From Acutalibacteraceae bacterium (lineage in GTDB: Bacteria > Bacillota > Clostridia > Oscillospirales > Acutalibacteraceae), in NCBI GenBank assembly GCA_045589535.1, contig JAZNPE010000048.1:17237-81236 (forward strand): a DNA stretch of 64,000 bases. Direction: 5' to 3'. Both the position numbers and the translations under genes were made by a program. This document shows, piece after piece, positions 39,854-49,816 of the stretch (position 1 is its first letter; every line of letters begins with the position of its first letter). The notes beneath the pieces are model-generated. The model was given only the letters and a program-made list of their open reading frames with translations, was not told the DNA's origin and did not search any database.

Positions 39854-40699
39854 TTAACCTTTGATATATTCAGCGCCGACTTCGAACCAACCGTGTGAAA
39901 CTAGGTTCTCGGGAAGCACGTTTGTGAACAATACCGCCATACCCATAGCCGCAAACATTGCGATAGGCATTGCAAACGGCTCGAGCTTTGTGAGCTTGAA
40001 CTTTTTGCATACGATATCGAGAATAAGCATAAAGACTATCGCACAGATAAGCACGAGGATTGACATAAAGCCTGCAGAACCGCTGATCATTTTTACCTTT
40101 TCAATCTGACCTGCTGCGTTTTCTGTTGTAACGGTCTGAGTTGTAACGCTGTAAATCTCTCTTGAAACGAAAGCCATAACAATACCGATAAAAGCTGCTG
40201 CAGAAATAGCATCACCGAACTTTTGTGACTTTTCACTCTTGTTTACTGTTTCGCCGACCTTCTTCTGAAGCTTCTTACAAAGGAACGGAAGAAGAAGCAA
40301 AGGAGCGATACTACCGAGTGTCATAGCCCATGTAATTGTTGCAAACTTCTGAGGATCCGTAACTGAATTGTTAAGGGTATCACCCCAAAAATCAAGAGCA
40401 GACTGTGCTGCTGTTGTTTCATATGCAAGGTTACCGATAACCGAAAGTCTGATCCACGGAAGAACGATACCCAATGCATTTGCAAGAACGATAACCGTAG
40501 CAAGAATCGAAATTGCAGGAGCAACGGTAAACATCGCACTTGAAATCATTGTTGTTCTGAGAGTTTCCTTTGCGATGCCGAGTTCACGCGCTCTCTTCAG
40601 AGACTTGACAAGGAAAAATACGGACTGTACAACTACAAAGCCGATAACGACCAATGCAACCGCGTACATAAATCCGCTTGTTTTGAAATCACCATTCAT
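39854..40699 (-). CDS. polytopic membrane protein, unknown function
   Basis: 281 aa with multiple TM segments. RBS GGGGGA. Confidence 0.5.
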   Translation of the reverse strand: MNGDFKTSGFMYAVALVVIGFVVVQSVFFLVKSLKRARELGIAKETLRTTMISSAMFTVAPAISILATVIVLANALGIVLPWIRLSVIGNLAYETTAAQSALDFWGDTLNNSVTDPQKFATITWAMTLGSIAPLLLLPFLCKKLQKKVGETVNKSEKSQKFGDAISAAAFIGIVMAFVSREIYSVTTQTVTTENAAGQIEKVKMISGSAGFMSILVLICAIVFMLILDIVCKKFKLTKLEPFAMPIAMFAAMGMAVLFTNVLPENLVSHGWFEVGAEYIKG

Positions 40700-40974
40700 C
40701 TGGTTTTATCCCCCAATCACGTTTTAAACGTTAATAGAATGAAGTAATAATAACATAAACCTTTATATATCGTCAAGAGCAGATTGACACGAATAATGCA
40801 TATATATTTTTTGAACAAACATACAAAAACGTCATATTCGCCAAATTGTTTTTTATTCCGATTTGTAATTATTAACAATTTGTTCATATTTTCTCAAACT
40901 TTTCATCAACTCGTTGTGATATAAAAGACACAGAGATAATATCTCTATTTTCATTTTTATTTTCTCTTTCTCTT

Positions 40975-41007
40975 GAAGGCTCCGATGCTGCACACATCGG
41001 AGCCTTC
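40975..41007 (+). other. orphan perfect 13-bp GC-rich hairpin in a gene-free divergent region
   Basis: GAAGGCTCCGATG-ctgcaca-CATCGGAGCCTTC followed by CCCCCTTTTAC on the plus strand. No upstream ORF on either strand. Confidence 0.4.
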
Positions 41008-41150
41008 CCCCTTTTACGGACAAATCTATAACGATGGCTATACATACAGCAGAATTGTATCTCTTGCCGTCAGCTTTTTATCAATCATGAAACGAGAACA
41101 ACAAATTTGGGGTTATCGTGGTCTTTGATTTCGCACAATCTATCTCTGTG

Positions 41151-41318
41151 TGCGTAGGGATGGGCCTCCCGGACCATCCGCAGATTCTGCTGAGTTAACG
41201 GACGGTCGAGGACGCCCGTCCCTACGCAGTTGACCGGAACAAGGTTCGTAGGGGCGCGCATTGCGCGTCCGCTTAATCAATCACTTTTTTACGGACGACC
41301 AATGGTCGCCCCTACGAG
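41151..41318. repeat. four GTAG-headed GC-rich hairpin units in two inverted pairs (REP/REPIN-like)
   Basis: Unit A 41154-41179 (GTAGGGA plus GGATGG/CCATCC). Unit B 41200-41226 (GGACGG/CCGTCC plus CCTAC). Unit C 41248-41270 (GTAGGGG plus CGCGCA/TGCGCG). Unit D 41293-41316 (CGACC/GGTCG plus CCCCTAC). The outer arms TGCGTAGGGA/TCCCTACGCA and TCGTAGGGGCG/CGCCCCTACGA are perfectly complementary. Confidence 0.6.
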
Positions 41319-41702
41319 GTAGATTGAATATTCACCCCGACAAACCCGAATTTACTATGCTTCATCTGATGCCTGTTGTTTGGCGGTTAGAGTATACTTT
41401 AATTACCACCAAGCCGCAAGGTTTTGAAAGGTATATTTCCGCCTCGAATTCGTTAAAAATCCTTGAAATACGTCAGTATATCTACAGATTTTTGCCTTGC
41501 CGAGGCAAAAATCTCCTCTTTCAAAACTGCCTTGCATCTGAAACGCAACAGATTACGTACAGTCGGGTAGCTTTTCGATGCAGTCATACGCGCGTATGTC
41601 AAAAAGAAAACTACACGAATGTGCGTGATATGTTTCGTTTCAGACTTGTGTGTTGGTGATAATTAAAGTATAAAATATTTGTCAAAAAATATCGTCAAAT
41701 TA

Positions 41703-41731
41703 TTGACAAAGTTATCTTTATAGAATAAAAT
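41703..41731 (+). promoter_or_regulatory. candidate promoter of the aconitase-icd-rex operon
   Basis: TTGACA, 17 nt spacer, TAAAAT, 46 nt upstream of the ATG. The RBS GGAGG is at 41759-41763. Confidence 0.55.
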
Positions 41732-41736
41732 AAACT

Positions 41737-41755
41737 TTGTTAAAAAATTAAACAA
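41737..41755 (+). promoter_or_regulatory. Rex-box-like inverted repeat between the -10 and the RBS
   Basis: TTGTTAAAAAATTAAACAA resembles the clostridial Rex consensus TTGTTAA-N4-TTAACAA but is 1 nt longer. rex is encoded in the same operon. Confidence 0.35.
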
Positions 41756-41776
41756 GTCGGAGGTTCAACTGTTTTT

Positions 41777-43708
41777 ATGAACTACACAATCGCGCAGAAA
41801 ATCATTAAAAATCACCTGCTTTCGGGCGATATGACCGTGGGCAGTGAAATCGGTCTAAGAATTGACCAGACTCTCACTCAGGACGCTACAGGTACAATGG
41901 CTTATCTTGAGTTTGAGGCTATGGGAATTGAAAGAGTCAAAACTGAGCTTTCAGTTGCTTATATCGATCACAACACGCTTCAGACAGGCTTTGAAAATGC
42001 TGATGATCACCGTTTTATCCAGAGTGTTGCAAAGAAGAGAGGTCTTCGCTTCTCACGTCCGGGTAACGGAATCTGCCATCAGGTACATCTTGAGCGTTTC
42101 GGAGCCCCCGGCAACACACTTATCGGCTCTGACTCACACACCCCAACAGGTGGCGGTATCGGTATGCTTGCAATGGGTGCAGGCGGACTCGACGTTGCTG
42201 TTGCTATGGGCGGCGGCGCATACTATATTACTATGCCGAAAATGGTAAGAGTTAACCTCACAGGCAAGCTTTCACCGTGGGTTGCCGCAAAGGACATTAT
42301 CCTTGAAGTTCTCCGCATTATGTCCGTTAAGGGCGGTGTCGGGAAGATTGTTGAATACGGCGGAGAAGGTGTCAAAACACTTTCAGTTCCCGAAAGAGCT
42401 ACAATCACAAATATGGGTGCTGAGCTTGGTGCTACAACATCAATCTTCCCGTCAGACGACATCACACGTGAATTCCTTAAAGCTCAGGGCCGTGAAAAAG
42501 ATTGGATTGAACTTTCAGCTGATGAAGGTGCAGAATACGATGAGGTTATCGAAATTAACCTTTCAACTCTCGCTCCCCTTGCAGCTATGCCTCATATGCC
42601 CGATAACGTTAAAAAGGTTGAAGAAATCGGCGAAATCAAAGTTGACCAGGATTGTATCGGTTCCTGCACAAACTCTTCACTTATGGATATGCTCAAGGTT
42701 GCGGCTATTCTTAAGGGTAAGACCGTTTGTCCGTCGGTAAGCCTTTCAATCGCTCCGGGTTCAAAGCAGGTTCTCAATATGCTTGCTCTCAGCGGTGCAC
42801 TTTCAGACATGATTGATGCCGGTGCAAGAATCCTTGAGTCAGCCTGCGGTCCGTGTATCGGTATGGGTCAGTCACCCAACTCGGCAGGTGTATCACTTCG
42901 TACATTCAACCGTAACTTTGAAGGCCGTTCAGGTACTGCAGATGCAGGTATCTACCTTGTAAGCCCCGAGGTTGCAGCGGCATCAGCTCTTACAGGTGTG
43001 CTTACAGATCCTCGCAAGCTCGGCGAAATGCCTGAAATTGAAATGCCTGATGAATTCATCATCAACGACAATATGATCGCGATGCCCGCAGCAATTGAAG
43101 ATGCTGACAGCGTTGAGATTATGTACGGCCCGAACATCAAGCCTTTCCCGAAGACAGAGGCTCTTCCGGAAGAAATTACAGCAAAGGCTGTTCTCAAGGT
43201 CGGCGACAATATCACAACAGACCACATCATGCCTGCAGGCGCAAAGATCCTCCCCTACCGTTCAAACATCCCGTTCCTTTCAAACTTCTGCTTCAAGCAG
43301 TGTGACGAGAAATTCGCAGAGCATTGTAAGGAAGCAGGCAAAGGTATCATCATCGGCGGTGCTAACTACGGTCAGGGTTCTTCAAGAGAGCACGCGGCTC
43401 TTGTTCCGCTTTACCTCGGAATCAAGGCTGTTGTTACAAAGTCTTTCGCACGTATCCATTGTGCAAACCTTGTTAACGCAGGTATTATTCCGTTCACATT
43501 CAAAAACGAGGCTGACTACGATAAAATCAGCGTAAATGACGATCTTTGCCTCGCAAACATCCGTGAAGCTATTGCAAACGGCAGTGAGGTAACACTCAAA
43601 AACATCACAACAGGCGAAGAGTATGCTCTTGATTATCAGCTTTCTGAGCGTCAGAGAGATATTATCCTCGCAGGCAGCCTTCTTGACTACACAAGAGAGA
43701 ACTCATAA
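41777..43708 (+). CDS. acn: aconitate hydratase
   Basis: 643 aa. Aconitase motifs (IDQTLTQDATG, GSDSHT, IGSCTNSS, CGPCIG, GANYGQGSSREHAA). Confidence 0.9.
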   Translation: MNYTIAQKIIKNHLLSGDMTVGSEIGLRIDQTLTQDATGTMAYLEFEAMGIERVKTELSVAYIDHNTLQTGFENADDHRFIQSVAKKRGLRFSRPGNGICHQVHLERFGAPGNTLIGSDSHTPTGGGIGMLAMGAGGLDVAVAMGGGAYYITMPKMVRVNLTGKLSPWVAAKDIILEVLRIMSVKGGVGKIVEYGGEGVKTLSVPERATITNMGAELGATTSIFPSDDITREFLKAQGREKDWIELSADEGAEYDEVIEINLSTLAPLAAMPHMPDNVKKVEEIGEIKVDQDCIGSCTNSSLMDMLKVAAILKGKTVCPSVSLSIAPGSKQVLNMLALSGALSDMIDAGARILESACGPCIGMGQSPNSAGVSLRTFNRNFEGRSGTADAGIYLVSPEVAAASALTGVLTDPRKLGEMPEIEMPDEFIINDNMIAMPAAIEDADSVEIMYGPNIKPFPKTEALPEEITAKAVLKVGDNITTDHIMPAGAKILPYRSNIPFLSNFCFKQCDEKFAEHCKEAGKGIIIGGANYGQGSSREHAALVPLYLGIKAVVTKSFARIHCANLVNAGIIPFTFKNEADYDKISVNDDLCLANIREAIANGSEVTLKNITTGEEYALDYQLSERQRDIILAGSLLDYTRENS

Positions 43709-43719
43709 GGAGAATTACA

Positions 43720-44889
43720 ATGACAGAATTACAGATTAAAAATGCAGTAGAAAAATTTGAAGCTCTTATGCGCGAGCAGAGCGACCGTTCAGATGCTATC
43801 AAGGCTCAGGGCGATTTTGTTGATTTCGAAAAGCTTGATAAAATCATCATCGGCGTTTGCGGCGGTGACGGTATCGGTCCTGTTATTACAAAGGAAAGCG
43901 CAAGAGTTCTTGAATATATGCTTGCCGATAAGGTTGCGTCAGGCAAGGTTGAATTCAAGGTTATTGACGGTCTTACAATTGAAAACCGTGTTGCGGCCAA
44001 CAAGGCTATCCCCGATGACGTTCTTGAAGAGCTCAAGGCTTGTCACGTTATCCTCAAGGGACCCACAACAACACCGCAGGCAGGCGATCCGTGGCCGAAC
44101 ATTGAAAGCGCAAACGTTGCAATGAGAAAGGCTCTCGACCTTTTTGCTAACCTCCGTCCCGTTAAGGTTCCCGACGAGGGTATCGACTGGACATTCTTCC
44201 GTGAGAACACAGAAGGTGCTTACGCTGTCGGCTCAAAGGGCTTCAATGTAACAGACGACCTTGCAGTTGACTTTGTTGTTACAACCACCGAGGGTACTGA
44301 AAGAATCGCAAAGCTTGCATATGATTACGCAAGAAGAAACAAGAAAGACAGAGTTTCAATCATTACAAAGGCAAACATCATCAAGACAACTGACGGTAAA
44401 TTCCTTAACCTTTGCAAAAACATCGGTAAGGATTATCCTGAAATCACAACTGATGAATGGTATATCGACATCACAACAGCAAAGCTTATCGACCCGAAGC
44501 GCCGCAAGGACTTCAAGGTATTCGTTCTTCCCAACCTTTACGGTGATATCATCACAGACGAAGCTGCTGAATTTCAGGGCGGCGTAGGCACTGCAGGCAG
44601 TGCAAATATCGGTAAGAGATACGCTATGTTTGAAGCTATCCACGGTTCAGCTCCCCGAATGATGCGTGAAGGCAGAGGTCAGTACGCTGATCCTTGCTCA
44701 ATGCTCCGTGCTACAGTTATGCTTCTTTCTCACATCGGTGAGCAGGAAAGTGCAGACTTGCTTGAAAGAGCACTTGACATCTGTATGTATGAAGAAAAGA
44801 AGCTTCAGATTACAGGCCGTGACACAGGCTGCACTTGTGAAGAATTCGGCAACTACGTTATGGAAACAGTTAAAAAACTCAGAGCATAA
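43720..44889 (+). CDS. icd: isocitrate dehydrogenase (isocitrate/isopropylmalate dehydrogenase family)
   Basis: 389 aa. Contains FRENTEGAY and NLYGDIITDEAA family motifs. Adjacent to aconitase. Confidence 0.7.
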   Translation: MTELQIKNAVEKFEALMREQSDRSDAIKAQGDFVDFEKLDKIIIGVCGGDGIGPVITKESARVLEYMLADKVASGKVEFKVIDGLTIENRVAANKAIPDDVLEELKACHVILKGPTTTPQAGDPWPNIESANVAMRKALDLFANLRPVKVPDEGIDWTFFRENTEGAYAVGSKGFNVTDDLAVDFVVTTTEGTERIAKLAYDYARRNKKDRVSIITKANIIKTTDGKFLNLCKNIGKDYPEITTDEWYIDITTAKLIDPKRRKDFKVFVLPNLYGDIITDEAAEFQGGVGTAGSANIGKRYAMFEAIHGSAPRMMREGRGQYADPCSMLRATVMLLSHIGEQESADLLERALDICMYEEKKLQITGRDTGCTCEEFGNYVMETVKKLRA

Positions 44890-44913
44890 ATACCATTATA
44901 GGAAGGATTTATT

Positions 44914-45564
44914 ATGCCAAAAGAGAAAAAGGATATATCAATGTCCGTAATCAAGCGTCTGCCGAGATATTACAGATTTCTCGGTGAGCTTAAAAAGAAG
45001 AATATTTCAAGAATTTCATCACGTGAGCTTTCACAGATGATGGGATTCACGGCATCACAGATAAGACAGGATCTTAACTGCTTCGGCGGTTTCGGTCAGC
45101 AGGGATACGGCTATAACGTTGACCAGCTCCGCACTGAAATCGGTTCTATCCTCGGTGTCGGCAACGGGTTCAAAACAATTATTATCGGTTGCGGTAACCT
45201 CGGTAAGGCTATCGCCGCACATATGGCTTTTGAAGACAGAGGATTTGAGCTTGTAGGTATTTTCGACAAGAGATCTGAAGAAATGCAGGATATCAGAATC
45301 AAGGGTATTTCCATCTCCCCTATTGAGGACCTTGAGATTTACTGCAAAGAGGTTGAGCCGATTGTTGCCGTGCTCTGTACTCCGACACTCGCAACTCCCG
45401 AAATTGTTGACAGACTTATAGACTTAGGTATCACAAATTTCTGGAACTTCAGCCATTACGATATCAATTCAGTTTATCCTAAGGCAAATGTTGAAAATGT
45501 TCATCTTAACGACAGTCTTATGACACTCAGCTATCAGATTACAAATAACGGTGGTGCTGAATAA
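44914..45564 (+). CDS. rex: redox-sensing transcriptional repressor Rex
   Basis: 216 aa. Contains VIKRLPRYYRFL, SSRELS...ASQIRQDL and a Rossmann motif IIGCGNLG. Confidence 0.9.
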   Translation: MPKEKKDISMSVIKRLPRYYRFLGELKKKNISRISSRELSQMMGFTASQIRQDLNCFGGFGQQGYGYNVDQLRTEIGSILGVGNGFKTIIIGCGNLGKAIAAHMAFEDRGFELVGIFDKRSEEMQDIRIKGISISPIEDLEIYCKEVEPIVAVLCTPTLATPEIVDRLIDLGITNFWNFSHYDINSVYPKANVENVHLNDSLMTLSYQITNNGGAE

Positions 45565-46322
45565 TGAAAGTTATGACCTTTAATATCCTTTGTCACGGCT
45601 GCGAAGGTCACGATTGGTTTGACCGTCAGAACGACGTCATTGCAACCGTACGCAGATATATGCCCGACATCTTCGGTCTTCAGGAAGCTCATCTTGATTG
45701 GATGAAAGCATTTTGGAAAAATATGCCCGAATATGATTATGTCGGTGTCGGACGTGACGACGGAAAGGAAGACGGTGAATTTTCTCCCGTTTTCTATAAA
45801 AAAGATAAGTTTGACTTCATTGAAGGCAACACTTTCTGGATAAGCGAAACTCCCGATATACCGTCAAGATCCTGGGACACGGCCTGCACGAGGGTATGCT
45901 CTTATGCAAAGCTTCGTGACAAGGAAAGCGGAAACGTTTTTGTCGCAACGAACACTCACCTTGACCATATCAGCGTTGAGGCACGCAAAAACGGTGTTCG
46001 TCTTATCAACGAATTTGCAAAAAACATTGACTGTCCCATCGTTCTCACGGGTGACTTCAACATTCCCGAAAAAACGGACTGCTATCCCGATATGATCGGC
46101 TACGGTATTTTCAGGGATACAAAGTATGTTGCTCCCGTTACTGAGGATACTTTCACGTTCCACGAATTTTTCCACCACAACGGTGAAAGGTCGGTTATCG
46201 ACTTTGTGTTTATAACAGAAGGCTTCAACGCTTTGGTATATCAGGTTGTACAGGATAAAATAGACGGTGCGTTTCCGTCTGACCACTGTCCCGTTATTGC
46301 TGAAATTGAGTTTAATAAATAA
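45564..46322 (+). CDS. endonuclease/exonuclease/phosphatase (EEP) family protein
   Basis: 252 aa. Contains MKVMTFNI, LQEA, THLDH, GDFN and SDHCPV motifs. ATGA-type overlap with the rex stop. Confidence 0.75.
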   Translation: MKVMTFNILCHGCEGHDWFDRQNDVIATVRRYMPDIFGLQEAHLDWMKAFWKNMPEYDYVGVGRDDGKEDGEFSPVFYKKDKFDFIEGNTFWISETPDIPSRSWDTACTRVCSYAKLRDKESGNVFVATNTHLDHISVEARKNGVRLINEFAKNIDCPIVLTGDFNIPEKTDCYPDMIGYGIFRDTKYVAPVTEDTFTFHEFFHHNGERSVIDFVFITEGFNALVYQVVQDKIDGAFPSDHCPVIAEIEFNK

Positions 46323-46326
46323 GCAT

Positions 46327-46357
46327 AAAAACCTCAGGTTGTAACCTGAGGTTTTTA
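46327..46357 (+). terminator. rho-independent terminator of the acn-icd-rex operon
   Basis: AAAACCTCAGGTT-gt-AACCTGAGGTTTTT directly after the stop. Confidence 0.75.
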
Positions 46358-46502
46358 CTTTGTTATGATAAAAACTTAAATATTCAGATTATTTTAATCA
46401 CCCGGAACGAAAGATAAAAAAAGATGATTGAAAACATATGGGGTTTAAAAATATTCGGTTGCACCATGTGACATCAGGGTGTTGTTTTCATCATTTATCT
46501 TA

Positions 46503-46544
46503 TAAAAAGTTTAAACTCCGTAACGCGGTTGCATTACGGAGTTT
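46503..46544 (-). terminator. terminator of the oxidoreductase operon
   Basis: Minus strand AAACTCCGTAA-N10-TTACGGAGTTT followed by AAACTTTTT. Confidence 0.55.
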
Positions 46545-46550
46545 GTTTGA

Positions 46551-47093
46551 TTATTCAGCGTAGTCGTAGCCTGACCTGATAGCTGTTTCGTTAACACCGA
46601 GAAGCTCGATCTTACGTGCAGAAACAACCTTTTTAAGAGCTGCATCAACATTATCAAGAGAGAAACCGTCAACTTCCTTGAGGACCTTACCCGTGATAAT
46701 CATATTTGCAAGAGTCTTGATGTTATTATCATATGCCATCTGTGTTGCAGGGATATAATAAACATCAACATCTGTTCTTTCAACCTTCTTATCAATAAGA
46801 GTTGAGTCAACAAAAATCTTGCCGCCGCTTACAACAGCGTTTTCATATTTCTCAAGCGAAGGAAGGTTCATTGCGATAAGTACATCGGGAGCGTCAACAA
46901 TCGGAGAACCGATCGGCTCATCACTGATGATAACTGAACAGTTAGCTGTACCGCCGCGCATTTCGGGACCGTATGACGGGAGCCAACTTACCTGCTTATC
47001 TTCAATAAGTCCTTTGTATGCAAGGAATTTTCCTGCAAAGAGGATACCCTGTCCGCCGAAGCCTGCAAAAAGCAATCTGCATGTCTTACTCAT
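46551..47093 (-). CDS. 2-oxoacid:ferredoxin oxidoreductase, gamma subunit
   Basis: 180 aa. Contains [12 protein letters not shown] and [10 protein letters not shown] motifs. Confidence 0.85.
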   Translation of the reverse strand: MSKTCRLLFAGFGGQGILFAGKFLAYKGLIEDKQVSWLPSYGPEMRGGTANCSVIISDEPIGSPIVDAPDVLIAMNLPSLEKYENAVVSGGKIFVDSTLIDKKVERTDVDVYYIPATQMAYDNNIKTLANMIITGKVLKEVDGFSLDNVDAALKKVVSARKIELLGVNETAIRSGYDYAE

Positions 47094-47845
47094 TTTGCTT
47101 GCTCCTCTGCATAGATATCTTTATACACGCCGAGAGGATAATACGGAAGCATCTTCTCGTCTACCCATTCGAGTGCCTTTTCAGGAGTCATACCCCAGTT
47201 TGTCGGGCAAGTTGAAACAACCTCGATAAGAGAGAAGCCTTTGCCTTCAAGCTGGTTCTGGAAAGCCTTTTTGATAGCCTTCTTTGCGTTCTTAACGTTC
47301 TTTACGTTATTAACAGCAACACGCTCAAGGTAAGCTGCGCCGTCAACATTTGAAAGGAGTTCACAAACCTTTACGGGATAGCCTACTGTTTCAACATCTC
47401 TGCCGTAAGGTGAAGTCTGTGTAACCTGACCCGGAAGAGTTGTCGGAGCCATCTGGCCACCTGTCATACCGTAGATTGCGTTGTTTACGAAAATAACAGT
47501 GATATTTTCTCTTCTTGCTGCTGCATGTACGGTTTCAGCTGTACCGATAGCTGCAAGGTCACCGTCACCCTGATATGTAAATACGATCTTTGAAGGATCA
47601 CTTCTCTTAACACCTGTTGCAACTGCGGGAGCACGTCCGTGTGCAGCCTGAACAAAGTCACATGTGAAATAGTTATATGCCATAACAGCACATCCAACGG
47701 GCGCAACACCGATTGTATCGCCCTCGATGCCGAGCTCGTCAATAACTTCCGCTACAAGGCGGTGGATAATACCGTGTGTACAACCCGGGCAATAGTGAAG
47801 CACTGCATCTGTGAGTGCCTTCGGCTTTTCAAATACTACTGACAT
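47090..47845 (-). CDS. 2-oxoacid:ferredoxin oxidoreductase, beta (TPP-binding) subunit
   Basis: 251 aa. Contains CPGC.HG, GDGD and [10 protein letters not shown]. Confidence 0.85.
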   Translation of the reverse strand: MSVVFEKPKALTDAVLHYCPGCTHGIIHRLVAEVIDELGIEGDTIGVAPVGCAVMAYNYFTCDFVQAAHGRAPAVATGVKRSDPSKIVFTYQGDGDLAAIGTAETVHAAARRENITVIFVNNAIYGMTGGQMAPTTLPGQVTQTSPYGRDVETVGYPVKVCELLSNVDGAAYLERVAVNNVKNVKNAKKAIKKAFQNQLEGKGFSLIEVVSTCPTNWGMTPEKALEWVDEKMLPYYPLGVYKDIYAEEQAK

Positions 47846-48912
47846 CAGAACGCACCTCCGTTCTCGTTAACTTCATTGATTTTTGCAAGTACCTCTTCAG
47901 GTGTGGGAATCATACCGCCGACACGGTTGCAGAGGTAAACAGGCTTCTTGCAACGGATTGCAAGTTCAACGTCTTCGATCATCTGACCCATGCTCATTTC
48001 AACACAGATGAATGCCTTGCACTTATCTGCTGCAGCTTCAAGAACCTTCTTCGGGAAGGGCCATACTGTGATAGGTCTGATCATACCGACCTTAACGCCG
48101 TTTGCACGAGCTTCATTGATTGCATTCTTAGCAACACGTGAAGTAATACCAAAAGCAACAACGCAAACTTCTGCATCGTCCATAAGGTACTCTTCGTACA
48201 TAACTTCGTTTTCTTCGATTGCCTTATATTTCTCATATCTTTCGAAGTTCTTGATTTCAAGCTCTTCGGGTTTAAGATAAAGTGAGTTTACAATATTATG
48301 TTCACGCTCACACTTTGTACCTGTAAGCGCCCAGGGCTTCTCATATTTTGTAACTTCACCAATATCAAGAGATACAGGCTCCATCATCTGACCCATTGTA
48401 CCGTCAGCAAGGATCATTGAAACCATGCTGTATTTATCTGCAAGGTCAAAAGCCTTTACTGTAAGGCTTGCCATTTCCTGAACTGAAGAAGGAGCGAGAA
48501 CGATGTTTCTGTAGTCGCCGTGTCCGCCACCCTTTGTTGACTGGAAATAGTCAGACTGTGAAGGCTGGATACCGCCGAGACCGGGACCACCTCTCTGAAC
48601 ATTGACAACAACAGCAGGAAGGTCGCAACCTGCAAGGTATGAAATACCCTCAGCCTTAAGAGAAACTCCCGGGCTTGAAGATGATGTCATAACTCTTTTA
48701 CCTGTTGATGCAACACCGATTACCATATTGATAGCAGAAACTTCACTTTCAGCCTGAAGAAAAGTTCCGCCGATTTTCGGCATACGCTTTGCCATATAAG
48801 CCGCAACTTCTGTCTGCGGTGTGATGGGATAGCCGAAGTAATGATGACAGCCTGCCTGAATAGCAGCTTCAGCAATAGCTTCGTTACCCTTCATAAGTAC
48901 TTTTTCTGACAT
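47845..48912 (-). CDS. 2-oxoacid:ferredoxin oxidoreductase, alpha subunit
   Basis: 355 aa. Starts [27 protein letters not shown]. Confidence 0.85.
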   Translation of the reverse strand: MSEKVLMKGNEAIAEAAIQAGCHHYFGYPITPQTEVAAYMAKRMPKIGGTFLQAESEVSAINMVIGVASTGKRVMTSSSSPGVSLKAEGISYLAGCDLPAVVVNVQRGGPGLGGIQPSQSDYFQSTKGGGHGDYRNIVLAPSSVQEMASLTVKAFDLADKYSMVSMILADGTMGQMMEPVSLDIGEVTKYEKPWALTGTKCEREHNIVNSLYLKPEELEIKNFERYEKYKAIEENEVMYEEYLMDDAEVCVVAFGITSRVAKNAINEARANGVKVGMIRPITVWPFPKKVLEAAADKCKAFICVEMSMGQMIEDVELAIRCKKPVYLCNRVGGMIPTPEEVLAKINEVNENGGAF

Positions 48913-48919
48913 TATTTTT

Positions 48920-49126
48920 TCACCTCTCTACCGTAATTACACAATCAGGACACATTGTTGCACAGAATGCGCAACCGATGCACTTTTCAGGCTCAGTTAC
49001 TTCTGCGGGGTGATGGCCCTTCGCATTGAGCTTTGTTTCTGACAGTTTAACGATACCTTTCGGACAAGCGCCGACGCAAAGGCTGCAGCCCTTGCAAAGG
49101 TCTGTTTTGAATGTTACTTTTGCCAT
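48920..49126 (-). CDS. 4Fe-4S di-cluster ferredoxin (delta subunit)
   Basis: 68 aa with two CxxCxxCxxxCP motifs. Confidence 0.85.
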   Translation of the reverse strand: MAKVTFKTDLCKGCSLCVGACPKGIVKLSETKLNAKGHHPAEVTEPEKCIGCAFCATMCPDCVITVER

Positions 49127-49140
49127 AGCTTTTACCTCTC

Positions 49141-49803
49141 TTAGTTTATCTTTTCCTGTAGTCTGAGTGGCATTAAATTCTCCACTTTGCCGTACAGATT
49201 ATTATACAACTTTTCATCTACGGTTGTCAACCTCACTGGAATACCCGTAGCCTTTGAAACCTCATTTGCATAGTCGAGAGAATCAAGAACATCCTGTGCC
49301 GTTGTTTCCTCACCTATGTTAGAATTGTTAACGATTGCCGTGAATTTCATTGAGCATGCAGCTTCAATTTCCGCCATAACTTCAAGAGTGCTTTCAACAT
49401 CCCTTGTGAGAGGTCGGTACATATTGATTACCATAAACATCTCGTAGTTATTCTCTTTTTTTAGGCTGTCAGCATAACGTCCGAGGGCATATGCTCCCCT
49501 GTCATCGCCGCCGATGTCCATAACGGCATACTCTGTATTATTATCAACAATGGAATAAACATCCTGCGGCAAAGCCGGAAGGTCGACGTTTGAGCTTGCA
49601 TACTGAGAAGAAATAAGCCTGATTCCCGCTTCAGTCAGTTCTTTTTCGCTGTCTTTTGTTCGGAAATACGGATTAACGATATCAAGATCGGCAATTACTA
49701 CGGGTTTTCCGTCTGCTCTGAGTTTAAGAGCATAATTGACCGCAATATTTGTCTTTCCGCTTCCGTAATGACCTGCAAAAAGTGTTACTCGCTTTGATTC
49801 CAT
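49141..49803 (-). CDS. MinD/ParA/CooC-like P-loop ATPase
   Basis: 220 aa. Deviant Walker A GHYGSGKTN and DLDIVNP. Confidence 0.55.
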   Translation of the reverse strand: MESKRVTLFAGHYGSGKTNIAVNYALKLRADGKPVVIADLDIVNPYFRTKDSEKELTEAGIRLISSQYASSNVDLPALPQDVYSIVDNNTEYAVMDIGGDDRGAYALGRYADSLKKENNYEMFMVINMYRPLTRDVESTLEVMAEIEAACSMKFTAIVNNSNIGEETTAQDVLDSLDYANEVSKATGIPVRLTTVDEKLYNNLYGKVENLMPLRLQEKIN

Positions 49804-49816
49804 TGTATCACCTCTT

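Noticed and set aside
40932-40946. Palindrome AGAGATA-A-TATCTCT as a possible operator
   Set aside because: It is short and AT-rich, sits about 230 nt from the nearest gene start, and matches no regulator motif that I recognise.
41110-41140. GGGGTTATCGTGGTCTTTGATTTCG, which superficially resembles the 5' end of tmRNA
   Set aside because: There is no downstream tag-peptide reading frame, no T-arm (GGTTCGAATCC-like) and no CCA-proximal acceptor stem within 400 nt. The region is better explained by the REP-like repeats.
41151-41318. Possible CRISPR array
   Set aside because: The units alternate in orientation, differ in their hairpin sequence, have irregular spacing, and number only four. No cas genes are in the window.
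41261-41659. 132-aa plus-strand ORF in the aconitase upstream region
   Set aside because: It starts inside the GC-rich REP-like hairpins, has no RBS and no recognisable domain, and its composition reads like translated repeat or spacer DNA.
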